A model generated the notes under the pieces. It saw only the letters and a list, made by a program, of their open reading frames with translations, was not told where the DNA came from and made no database searches. From Candidatus Lokiarchaeum ossiferum (GTDB lineage: Archaea > Asgardarchaeota > Lokiarchaeia > Sigyniarchaeales > Promethearchaeaceae), in the NCBI GenBank assembly GCA_025839675.1, contig CP104013.1:5820001-5852000 (forward strand): 32,000 bases of DNA. Reading direction: 5' to 3'. The position numbers were made by a program, and so were the translations under genes. Numbering within the stretch: position 1 is the first letter of the stretch; every line of letters begins with the position of its first letter. Below are positions 1 to 9,046 of the stretch, one piece after another.

Positions 1-454
1 GGGCACTAATATGGTAGAAAAAGTCATCTTTGGTTGCAACAGGATAAATATTTTTAAAATCGCCTAAATTATAAAACATCTGGGCTAATTGGGCGTCTGC
101 AGCAGGAATTCCAGAAGAATGCGACAGTAAGTGTTTCAATTTAATTTCTGGATGGTTGGAAAAGGGAGGTCGTGAAAGATAAGTTGCCACACTTTCTTCT
201 AAGGAAAGTTTTCCTTCTTGAACCAATTTCATAATGGCAAAAGCAGTAATGGATTTAGTTACACTCGCAATCCCTATTAGTGTGTCTGCAGTCATAGAAA
301 GTCCTTTTTCTAAATCGCGATATCCATAACCACGAGCGTGCAATACTTTATCTCCTTGAATTATTCCTATAGAAAGGCCTGGGACCTTTTTTTTCCGCAT
401 TGTTTTCCGAATAAAATTTTCGATTTTTGTAAGGTTTTCAGGTGAGATTGGCAT
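1..454 (-). CDS. Serine hydrolase / beta-lactamase-family protein, N-terminal part (gene runs off the left edge)
   Basis: Own translation of the minus strand from ATG at 454..452: MPISPENLTKIENFIRKTMRKKKVPGLSIGIIQGDKVLHARGYGYRDLEKGLSMTADTLIGIASVTKSITAFAIMKLVQEGKLSLEE... It contains the S-x-x-K active-site motif (SVTK) in the usual class C beta-lactamase/esterase context. It is absent from the ORF track because there is no stop inside the window. Confidence 0.8.
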   Translation of the reverse strand, partial: MPISPENLTKIENFIRKTMRKKKVPGLSIGIIQGDKVLHARGYGYRDLEKGLSMTADTLIGIASVTKSITAFAIMKLVQEGKLSLEESVATYLSRPPFSNHPEIKLKHLLSHSSGIPAADAQLAQMFYNLGDFKNIYPVATKDDFFYHISA

Positions 455-922
455 CTTTTATCAATTTATTCTAATCATTTCTAGTAATTAAACAAAAATG
501 TTTGAGAAAGAGAGAGAAAAAAAGGAGAAAAAAGGAAATTAATGATTATTCCCTGTCCATATGAGATAGATAACTGCTCATCCATTTGGAATTCGTCTTA
601 AACGGAGAAATTATTACAATTTGGTTTAAATCAAATATGAAATGGTAGAAATATGGGTGTTTTTTCCTTTAGAAATATCTAAGTTTTGTTCTTTTTTTTT
701 TCCCAATTCTTTAACCTTCTTTTCCTTCTATTGTCTATTTCTTCACTGATTGAGTCTTAGGGAATAGATATTTATCACGGAAAGCTATACGATTTTTAAT
801 TAACCTCTCATTATGTCTGATCAAATGGGAGAAGAAAAGAAAAAAGTTAATTATAGGTTGAAAAACTGTGCCTATCGCATGGATACAGTGAGAACTGCCT
901 CACAAACCTCCGTTAGAATTCA

Positions 923-3601
923 TTACGATGTACTATTTTTATTTTTTGAACCTTTCCTTCTTATAACAATTCCCAAGAGTAATGATAAAACCATTGGTAA
1001 TGTGGAAAAACCAGAAATATTTTTTTTTTCCTCAACTACATTTGTTTTTTCTGTGGTCGTTTCTTCTGTAGATGTCTCTGTTGTGTTGGCTTGAATTTCT
1101 TCTTTGTTGACAGTCAAGATTACAGTGTTATTTGATGAATTTCCATTTATATCATAAATCAAAATAGTTATTTCATAGGTTCCAGGTTCTAATCCATTTG
1201 GGATTGAAAAAGTGATTTCTGCCCCACTTGTCCATATAGCTTCAGATTCTATTTCAGTCCCATTCATGTATATCGAGTAATTAGTTGGATTAAGCTCTAC
1301 CACAATCCAAGAAATGATAGTGTCCAAATAATTTTCATCAATATTAAAATCTGATGGATATTTTATGATAATTGGTGCCTTGTTATCAATGGAGACGGAG
1401 AAAACTAAAGGAAAATTATCAAATCCATCCCCTTCACCTCTAATTTTGTAAGGTATATTCCAGATAATTCCATTATTCTCCGCGTCACTATAAATGGATG
1501 TATATTCTTCACCCCAAAAATTTCCAAAACCATTTTTATCCCATTCATTTCCTTCACACATCCCCGTTTCATTCGCTTGTATTAACTGATTATTTTGAAT
1601 ATTATTTCTATAAATCGTGTTATTATTACTGTTTATTAAGATCAAACCAATTTCCAAATTAAATTCGATACAATTATAATGGCATTCATTGTCATTGGAA
1701 CCAAATAAATACAACCCATATTGATTATATTGAACTGTATTATTGGAAATAGTACTAAAGAGTGAATTAAATAGTGCAATTCCAGCAGTACTCATTGATG
1801 CTATGTTTTTTGAAATACTACTCGTATGAGAATACGTTAGTGCAATTCCTACCGTATTGTTCCCAACTTCATTTTCGATTATAGTGGAATTATCTGAGTT
1901 AGACACCATGATCCCCATGCCTTGACAATCATTAACATAATTCTCAGATATTGAAATAAAATCAGTCTCTAGGATGTGGATTCCATGATTTGAATTTTTT
2001 CTTATAATATTTTCTTGAATCGTGATAGATCGTGATTTTTCAATATAAATTCCATCAAAATTGTTAAGGAGGTTGTTAGATTGAATAAAAATACTTTCAC
2101 ATGAATAAAGCTTTATTGCTTCTGTAGTGTTCACACATATAATCGAGCTAATATTGGTATTATGGCAAAATTCTAAGAAGATTGCATTCATTACATTAGA
2201 AATGTTTAGCGCATTAATTCTTGAATTGTTACAATTTACGAGAATTAATTGTCCGAGATTTTCCAAATTTGAAATTGATAAACTTTCCATATTTTCATAG
2301 TAATAAATGGGTCTATCAATAATTTTATTGCTTTGATATATAGTATTATTTTTACATTTACTCAGACTTATTCCTGAATAATCCATAGTATTTGCTGCGA
2401 TTGTATTATTGTGAGAATTATATAATTCTAAATTTCCTTCAGTGTTATTGCTTAAATTATTATTGTTGATTGTAATATTTCGCGATCCTTGAATTTCAAT
2501 TCCAAATATCTCACTGAATTGAATTAAATTATTTGAAATCAATGAATCTACTGAATTGTATAATTCAAAACCTATATTAGTATGTGAAATATTATTGAAT
2601 GAAATTATCCAATTATCAACATCATACATTTCTGAACCAATAACTGAATTAGAAATCTTATTGTAAGAAAAAGTGGTGTTTGATGATTGGTCACAAAGAA
2701 ATGCTTGGTTCGAATTTGAAGTAATATTATTTTCTAAAATTCGATTATTACTTACATTTAGAAGTAAAACTCCCTCACCATTTAAGGTAATATTATTCTG
2801 AATAAGATCGTTATCTAATGAATCCTCGATGAATACACCTAAACCATTCTCAGTAAAAGTATTTTGTAAGATAAAGAGTTGGGAAGAAGAATCACTTGAT
2901 AATCCTTCATTATTTTTAGAAAACTCGCAAAATTCGACCGAAATATTATTCGATGTTCCAATTAACACTCCTCGATTATCATTTTCGAATAAAATATTCT
3001 TTTGCATTGTAACATTATTTGTAAAATGGAGTGAGATGCCATCTTGATTTAAACTGATATTATTTTCAAGTAAGGATATGTTTTGAGATCTATAACAATG
3101 GATTCCATCAATCAAACTCATAGTCACATTATTATTCCGAATTGCGATATTATTTGAATTAAAAAGACTTATCCCGTAGGTCTGTTCAGATATGTTACAC
3201 TCATATATATGGGTATTATTGACATTTGAGAGTTCGATGGCTGTTCCATACTCCGAATTTGTTAAAATTGAACAATTTTTGATAACTAAATTTGCGTTTG
3301 TATTTCTTATTTGAATTCCATAATTATTATCAACATTAATTGAGTAATTTTCAATAATATAGGGATTTCCTTCAGAACCATCACCGTTCAAGAATTCTTC
3401 TGAAATAAAATTAGCCAATTCAATATCTCCATCAATAATTATAGGATTGTGTATTCCTGCAGAAAAAATGATCGTTTGCTTATCATTAATATCATCATTT
3501 TGATTATTGTCATCGAAGTCGAAACTTCCAACTTGAATGAATAGAACCATAATTGAAAGGATAAAAATACATGCTCGTAATTGAATTTTTGCGCTTTTCA
3601 T
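923..3601 (-). CDS. Secreted/surface-anchored right-handed parallel beta-helix (PbH1/NosD-like) repeat protein with Ig-like module, Thr/Glu-rich linker and C-terminal TM anchor
   Basis: ORF track 923..3610 starts at TTG. The ATG at 3601 gives a signal-peptide-like N terminus (MKSAKIQLRACIFILSIMVLFIQVGS). About 20 repeats of the type N.I..N.I..n..GI.l..s.n follow. A NosD-like cap reads NEWDKNGFGNFWGEEY...GEGDGFDNFPL. The C terminus is ...TTETSTEETTTEK...SGFSTLPMVLSLLLGIVIRRKGSKNKNSTS. Confidence 0.85.
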   Translation of the reverse strand: MKSAKIQLRACIFILSIMVLFIQVGSFDFDDNNQNDDINDKQTIIFSAGIHNPIIIDGDIELANFISEEFLNGDGSEGNPYIIENYSINVDNNYGIQIRNTNANLVIKNCSILTNSEYGTAIELSNVNNTHIYECNISEQTYGISLFNSNNIAIRNNNVTMSLIDGIHCYRSQNISLLENNISLNQDGISLHFTNNVTMQKNILFENDNRGVLIGTSNNISVEFCEFSKNNEGLSSDSSSQLFILQNTFTENGLGVFIEDSLDNDLIQNNITLNGEGVLLLNVSNNRILENNITSNSNQAFLCDQSSNTTFSYNKISNSVIGSEMYDVDNWIISFNNISHTNIGFELYNSVDSLISNNLIQFSEIFGIEIQGSRNITINNNNLSNNTEGNLELYNSHNNTIAANTMDYSGISLSKCKNNTIYQSNKIIDRPIYYYENMESLSISNLENLGQLILVNCNNSRINALNISNVMNAIFLEFCHNTNISSIICVNTTEAIKLYSCESIFIQSNNLLNNFDGIYIEKSRSITIQENIIRKNSNHGIHILETDFISISENYVNDCQGMGIMVSNSDNSTIIENEVGNNTVGIALTYSHTSSISKNIASMSTAGIALFNSLFSTISNNTVQYNQYGLYLFGSNDNECHYNCIEFNLEIGLILINSNNNTIYRNNIQNNQLIQANETGMCEGNEWDKNGFGNFWGEEYTSIYSDAENNGIIWNIPYKIRGEGDGFDNFPLVFSVSIDNKAPIIIKYPSDFNIDENYLDTIISWIVVELNPTNYSIYMNGTEIESEAIWTSGAEITFSIPNGLEPGTYEITILIYDINGNSSNNTVILTVNKEEIQANTTETSTEETTTEKTNVVEEKKNISGFSTLPMVLSLLLGIVIRRKGSKNKNSTS

Positions 3602-4196
3602 TAAAACCAATTATATTACATCCTTTTTAGTTAAAAATTTTTTATATAATGAAATAATCCGAAAAATTTTCATAAAAATCATTTCCTATTATTTATGCTT
3701 AATAATTCTTGACCGACAAGAGTACCTCACTGAGAGAAATTACGTGCATAATACACATTTTTGATTTTCTGGGTTGAATTTGTTGTAATTTATAATTCTA
3801 TCTTCTCACTTGATACTATTTAGCATCCAAGATTCACTTTTCATTTTATATTGTATCATGTCAATGTTTTTTTGTGGTTCGAAACTGAAATTAACTCCGA
3901 ATTGCAAGAACTATGAATTGAAGCCCAATTTCGAATCAGTGAGTAGATGGCAATAGAAGGAAAAAATTTACTCGCAAACCACTCAATCAAAGGATAAAAC
4001 CTAAATCCAGAGAGCAAGCTCATAAATTTTAACTTGGAGGGTAGGGTATTTTTGGTAGAAGTCGATCCAAAAAAAAACGGTTAAATTTGGGGGGTTTTGA
4101 GAAGAAAAAACTGCCTGAATTGGACATTTGTAATGTTGACCATAGCTGGATAGTTATTTATCTTCCATTTGGGGTGAATCCCGAAGGAATGTGTGG

Positions 4197-4718
4197 TTAT
4201 TTATCTTTTTTAGATGGGGAATTATATTGCTTTAAATTTTCTCCAAATTTTCTGGCTTGGAGTAATTCTTCTTCTGAGGGATGGCCTAAAGGTTCTTTTG
4301 GGGTCGAATTTTTACTCATCCGAAAAGCCCCCTTTGAATAAAAGCGTTCGGGTAGAATTCTTATTTGACTTTTGGTAGTAAGTTTTTTTTCCATCGCTTC
4401 AAACATGATATCCTTAATTAACCGTGGATTGGTCTTATCACCCATTGGATTAATGTCATCCGGAGCCCCACTCGTAAAGAATAATGCTACTTTTTTTCCC
4501 TCAATATTCTTTTTCCAGAGTTTCTTTATGTATCGAGATCCAGCAAAACTAATTCGTCCTGCAATTACCCATGAGCCTAGTACAACTAAATCATAATCTT
4601 GAAGATTTGGAATATGTTTATTATTAAAACAATCTGCTTCAAGCCCTTCTGCAATGTTTTTCGCAACTTTTTCTGTATTACCGCCACGAGAATTATATAA
4701 TACTACTGCTTTTCCCAT
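4197..4718 (-). CDS. Flavodoxin-family protein
   Basis: The N terminus MGKAVVLYNSRGGNTEKVAKNIAEGL matches the flavodoxin FMN phosphate-binding loop (S/T-x-x-G-N-T-E). The length of 173 aa fits the family. Confidence 0.8.
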   Translation of the reverse strand: MGKAVVLYNSRGGNTEKVAKNIAEGLEADCFNNKHIPNLQDYDLVVLGSWVIAGRISFAGSRYIKKLWKKNIEGKKVALFFTSGAPDDINPMGDKTNPRLIKDIMFEAMEKKLTTKSQIRILPERFYSKGAFRMSKNSTPKEPLGHPSEEELLQARKFGENLKQYNSPSKKDK

Positions 4719-4844
4719 AATAAGATAATATCTTTGATGAATTTAATATTAAATATAGTCCAGTTATTGAGAAAAAATGAATGTAAAACAATAGAGAGAA
4801 TTTCTTTGTTATCTCCCCTTTCTTAACAAAACCCTTCTTTTCTC

Positions 4845-5132
4845 TTAAAAAAAATGTTCTTGTTGCTCAAAATTCTCACAAGTTCTTGAAAAAAGAATTA
4901 TCTCTTTGAAACTCATACGAGTAAATCCATATCGACATTGAACTTCAACATCATTCCTATCATGGAAAGAAATATACATGCATGATTTACAACTGCTACA
5001 ACGAATTGCTAACTTGGATTGTTGTTCTTCTCTGATTATTCCTTCAAATCTTAAAAGATCAGGGATTTCATTCCGATATTTACTAATTTTAGGCTTTTTT
5101 GGATTGATTTGTTGCATTTTCTTCACTTTCAA
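4845..5132 (-). CDS. Hypothetical small protein with CxxCxxC...C cysteine cluster
   Basis: 95-aa ORF, co-directional with and upstream of the flavodoxin gene. It contains CSSCKSCMYISFHDRNDVEVQC. I recognise no family. Confidence 0.4.
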   Translation of the reverse strand: MKVKKMQQINPKKPKISKYRNEIPDLLRFEGIIREEQQSKLAIRCSSCKSCMYISFHDRNDVEVQCRYGFTRMSFKEIILFSRTCENFEQQEHFF

Positions 5133-5168
5133 CTTAATTACTTATTTTGATCAAAAAAAATGAGTGAG

Positions 5169-5429
5169 CTATTTACTGCCATTTTGTCGAAAGGCTTGAA
5201 TAACATCTCTTTGAATTGCTTCTAAAACATCGATCAGTTTTTTTCTTGCTATTGGTGTTTTTTTATACTTTAATGAGGGGAAAGTTGCATTTGATTCAAA
5301 CCAACTTAATTCATTGGCATTGATCATAGTATTGCTTGATTTTTGATATAATTTTCTTGAGATTAAATGCTCTAGAGGAGGGGTTATTTTCCTTTCAATT
5401 CTTTTCTTAGTAAAATTTTTTAGTATCAT
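5169..5429 (-). CDS. Hypothetical protein
   Basis: 86-aa ORF, co-directional with 4845..5132 and separated from it by a 36-bp gap. I recognise no family. Confidence 0.35.
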   Translation of the reverse strand: MILKNFTKKRIERKITPPLEHLISRKLYQKSSNTMINANELSWFESNATFPSLKYKKTPIARKKLIDVLEAIQRDVIQAFRQNGSK

Positions 5430-5744
5430 CTTTTTCCTCGGTGTTCTTTTACCCGAAATAGAAAATAGTCTTATGAATTTAAATTAACAATTTACGATTC
5501 AAATTTATGGTCCATGGTATGGGTAACATATTTTAAAATTATTCGACCGTAAATACATGAGTTTTTGGATCTTTTACATAAATAAATATGGAATAATTGC
5601 AATTGCTGTAATTATCCAATTGTTCTCTAAAGAAATAAAGTTAAGTCTATTTTATTAGATAGTTGAGTAAAAAATTAATTCTATTTGGAAATTAGTAGCA
5701 CTAAGTACCAAAGAGTTAAATTTATTGATATCAAAATACCCCTC

Positions 5745-6569
5745 ATGATGAAAAATCAATGGATTCTTATTACTGGAGCTAGTACTGGAATAGGTCGAGT
5801 AGCTACTGAATTTCTCCAACAAAAAGGATATTCAATTTATGCTTGTGCTCGAAAAGAGGGTGACCTCCAAGATTTAGGAAGGATTCCGAATGTGATTCCC
5901 ATTAAACTTGATGTAACTAAGAACGAACAAATTGAACAAGCCTTTCAAGAAATATCTGATCGAAAAACTGGCTTATTTGGACTTATAAATAATGCGGGAA
6001 TTGTTCATGCTGGACCAACTATGGATCTTGATGTAGAGGAACTAAAACATCAATTTGATGTGAATTTTTTTGGTGTTCATCGGGTTACAAAGCAATTCTT
6101 TCCTCTAATCAAGAAATCCAAGGGTAAAATAGTTATGATTGGAAGTGGGGCCGGAATCATCGCTAATCCCTTTTTTGCACCTTATTCTAGTTCCAAATTT
6201 GCCTTGGAAGGTTATACGGATTCCTTAAGAAGAGAACTTTTGCTATATGGAATTCAAGTGGTGATAATTGAACCTGGGATGGTAAAAACACCTATTTGGG
6301 ATAAGGGTGAAGCTTTACTTGGAAATTATAATGGTGATATGCTTAAAAAAGAGGCTTCTGGGATCGGTTCTATGGCAGTTCAAACAGCCCGTGATATTGG
6401 GTTACCTCCAGAAAAAATAGCTTCGCTAATCTATAAAATTTTGACAAAAAAAAACCCGAAACCCCGATATGCTATTGTACCTAATTATTGGATGCGACAA
6501 CTCATGCTCAAAATGCCCACCAGAATGCTCGACCGCTTTATTTTAAAAAAAATGCAAAAATTTCAATAG
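5745..6569 (+). CDS. Short-chain dehydrogenase/reductase (classical SDR)
   Basis: TGASTGIGR cofactor motif (TGxxxGxG), NNAG, and a YSSSK catalytic Y-x-x-x-K. The ORF track starts at TTG 5685. The in-frame ATG at 5745 (MMKNQWILITGAS...) places the Rossmann motif at the normal distance from the N terminus. Confidence 0.85.
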   Translation: MMKNQWILITGASTGIGRVATEFLQQKGYSIYACARKEGDLQDLGRIPNVIPIKLDVTKNEQIEQAFQEISDRKTGLFGLINNAGIVHAGPTMDLDVEELKHQFDVNFFGVHRVTKQFFPLIKKSKGKIVMIGSGAGIIANPFFAPYSSSKFALEGYTDSLRRELLLYGIQVVIIEPGMVKTPIWDKGEALLGNYNGDMLKKEASGIGSMAVQTARDIGLPPEKIASLIYKILTKKNPKPRYAIVPNYWMRQLMLKMPTRMLDRFILKKMQKFQ

Positions 6570-6590
6570 GATACTCAAAGTTCTTCTATC

Positions 6591-6597
6591 TTTTTTT
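6591..6597 (+). terminator. Oligo-T tract (T7) 22 nt after the SDR stop
   Basis: tttttttgtg follows the TAG at 6567..6569. Oligo-T tracts are the established archaeal intrinsic termination signal. Confidence 0.4.
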
Positions 6598-6672
6598 GTG
6601 CGGATTATTTTTCTTTTTCGAATAGGAAGGTTTAGGCATATATTTAAGGAAAAAGCACACTTCCAATAGAAT

Positions 6673-7509
6673 ATGGTTAAAAAATCTAACTTTAATCTAA
6701 AGAAATATAAACTGGCTGTCATTACTGGAGCATCTAGCGGTATTGGGTTAGAATTTGCCAAACAATTTGCAGAAAATAAGATTAATTTAATTCTTATTGC
6801 ACGAAGAGTAGAAAAATTAGAAGAAATATGCTTAGATCTTGAAAAGCAATATCATATCAAAGCCACATACATTAAAGCGGATCTGACTCTCGAAAATGAT
6901 GTAAAATCTTGTATTAATCAACTGGATCAGACAAAAGGGATTGATATTCTTGTGAATGGGGCAGGTTTTGGGACTATTGGGGGATTTACTTCTGTGTCCT
7001 TAGAAGCCCATTTCCAAATGATTCAACTTCATATCAATGCCGTAGTTCATCTTTGTCACGCCATTTTACCTCAAATGCAACAGAATAATAAAGGGATAGT
7101 TATTAATATTGCATCTTTAGGTGCTTTTACTCCCACACGGGGAAATTCTGTATATAGTGCTTCTAAATCCTTTTTAATTACTTTTTTTGAAAATTTACAA
7201 AAAGAGTTGGATAAAACCGAGATTATTCTACAAGCGCTTTGTCCAGGCTTTACACGTACAGAATTCCATGAAGTTGGCCATTTCTCAGATTTTGACCGAT
7301 CTCGAATTCCAACTCGATTATGGATGACAGTTAAAGATGTTGTTGCGATTTCACTCGCTGCCTTAAAGAAAAAATCTCTTATTGTAATACCTGGAAGAAA
7401 AAATAAATGGATTTACCGCTTATACAGAAGCCCTATCGTTCAATTCTATATGAAGAAGAGAAGAAAAAAAGGATCAAAAAAAGGTTCAAAGAAAAATAGC
7501 ACAAAGTGA
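6673..7509 (+). CDS. Short-chain dehydrogenase/reductase (classical SDR) with Lys-rich C-terminal tail
   Basis: ITGASSGIGLEFAKQFAE (TGxxxGxG), NGAG, and YSASK (Y-x-x-x-K). The tail reads KKRRKKGSKKGSKKNSTK. Confidence 0.85.
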   Translation: MVKKSNFNLKKYKLAVITGASSGIGLEFAKQFAENKINLILIARRVEKLEEICLDLEKQYHIKATYIKADLTLENDVKSCINQLDQTKGIDILVNGAGFGTIGGFTSVSLEAHFQMIQLHINAVVHLCHAILPQMQQNNKGIVINIASLGAFTPTRGNSVYSASKSFLITFFENLQKELDKTEIILQALCPGFTRTEFHEVGHFSDFDRSRIPTRLWMTVKDVVAISLAALKKKSLIVIPGRKNKWIYRLYRSPIVQFYMKKRRKKGSKKGSKKNSTK

Positions 7510-7542
7510 AATAAGTTTTACTGAAATTATTCCATCAAGTTT

Positions 7543-8865
7543 TCAATCTTTACTAATTATTTCTCCATTTCCAATTTTTTGAACTAAATTTTTAATCAAT
7601 TCAACTGCATCCTCTAATTTTTCTGGTTTAACCAAATCTATCGTATCTTTTTTACTATGGATTATTTTAGTATCATTCTTTGCTAAGAAACAACAGACTT
7701 CTACCTTTTCTTTCTTGAAGGATGCATGATCACTATTTCCTCCTATCGGAGAGTTAAATTTTCTTGCTTCTATTTTGAGTTCTTCAGCAGATTTTTCAAT
7801 AAGTACATTTAATTTGGTGTTTATTGGTTTTTTCTTCAGAAGTCCTGCTTTATCTAGGTAAGCAAGTTCGGACCCGACCATGTCTACATTAATAGCATAA
7901 GAATTGTCTTTATTTTCAACAATCTCTTGTTTATGAGTCTTCACATAGCCCTTCGATCCAAATAAACCCCATTCTTCTGCTGTACACCAAATAAACTTTA
8001 GATGTACGTTTTTAGCGGGATGCTCTTTGAAAAATTTTGCTAAGCTTAAAAGTATTGCAGATCCGCTTCCATTATCGCATGCTCCGGGACTCGTATTTAT
8101 TCGTTTGGCAAACATATTAGATATAATAATGAGAATTACCAAAATGGTGCAAATTAAAATAATCACATTTAAAATTCTAATAGCAAGGTTGGTAGAAATA
8201 TTATCTCGGAAGAAATATACTAATGAAATGATGCTGGATACTAAAGTAAGTAACAAAATCAATAGAAATCCAAAAAACATTCCGATCATAAATTTAATGT
8301 AAAATTTGGGCAAGTTTGATGCAACGCTATCAGAATGGGCAGTTAAATAAATTATTGTGGGTTTTACTTCTTCATGCCTAATTGGAGGAAATTCACAGAT
8401 CACATTTTTCCCAATTGCGGATTTTCCTAAACATTTGAATTTGTCTGCTTTTAATTCTTTTCCAAAAAGCATAAGGCCCAGAAATGATATTGGGATCAAC
8501 AAAATTGAAAGGATTCCGTTGGTGGGTGGTATAATTCTGAGGGTAAAATTAATTAAAATTCCAAATAATCCTAATAGTATAAACATTAGTTTGCGTCCAT
8601 TAACTGAAGCTGTGGACCATTCGATGTTTTCTGTATACGCTTCTATGCTATTTTGACTTAAAAAATCCAGTAGAAATGTAGTCGTTTCTTCTTCTCCAAT
8701 TGTTCCCATCATTCTCGGTTGACTTAGGATACTTTTTTTTAAGATGTCGAAAGTAGGTTGATTAGATTGTGTCATTTTTTTCTTCTCTATCAAATTATTC
8801 TTTATACTTTGAGTACTTGGTGCTTTAATTATGTAAATCCTTGTTTTCCTTTTTACTATCATCAT
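7543..8865 (-). CDS. M28-family zinc metallopeptidase with membrane-spanning insertions
   Basis: M28 metal and catalytic motifs occur in order: LTAHSDSV, GACDNGSGSA, TAEEWGLFGS, NVDMVGS, NSDHASF. Hydrophobic hairpins are inserted before and between the first two motifs. An alternative start at ATG 8775 (MTQSNQPTF...) is possible. Confidence 0.8.
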   Translation of the reverse strand: MMIVKRKTRIYIIKAPSTQSIKNNLIEKKKMTQSNQPTFDILKKSILSQPRMMGTIGEEETTTFLLDFLSQNSIEAYTENIEWSTASVNGRKLMFILLGLFGILINFTLRIIPPTNGILSILLIPISFLGLMLFGKELKADKFKCLGKSAIGKNVICEFPPIRHEEVKPTIIYLTAHSDSVASNLPKFYIKFMIGMFFGFLLILLLTLVSSIISLVYFFRDNISTNLAIRILNVIILICTILVILIIISNMFAKRINTSPGACDNGSGSAILLSLAKFFKEHPAKNVHLKFIWCTAEEWGLFGSKGYVKTHKQEIVENKDNSYAINVDMVGSELAYLDKAGLLKKKPINTKLNVLIEKSAEELKIEARKFNSPIGGNSDHASFKKEKVEVCCFLAKNDTKIIHSKKDTIDLVKPEKLEDAVELIKNLVQKIGNGEIISKD

Positions 8866-9046
8866 AATAGGATAAATGTTCAGAAATCCCCTTTATCAAA
8901 ATTACATTTTTGACATACTATTCCTAACTTTTATGAACCAGGGGTTTCAGAAGGTAAATTATTTTTTTAATACTCCGATTCTTTGATAAATTCGCTATTT
9001 ATAGGTGAAGCTGATGAAATTTAAAACATTACAAAAAAAATAAAAA

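Noticed and set aside
3876-3940. ggttcgaaac (3876..3885) looks like a tRNA T-arm/T-loop, and a second ttcgaatc lies nearby (3930..3937).
   Set aside because: I could not build an acceptor stem, a D-arm or an anticodon arm around either copy, and there is no matching 5' strand for the T-stem. It is most likely a chance match.
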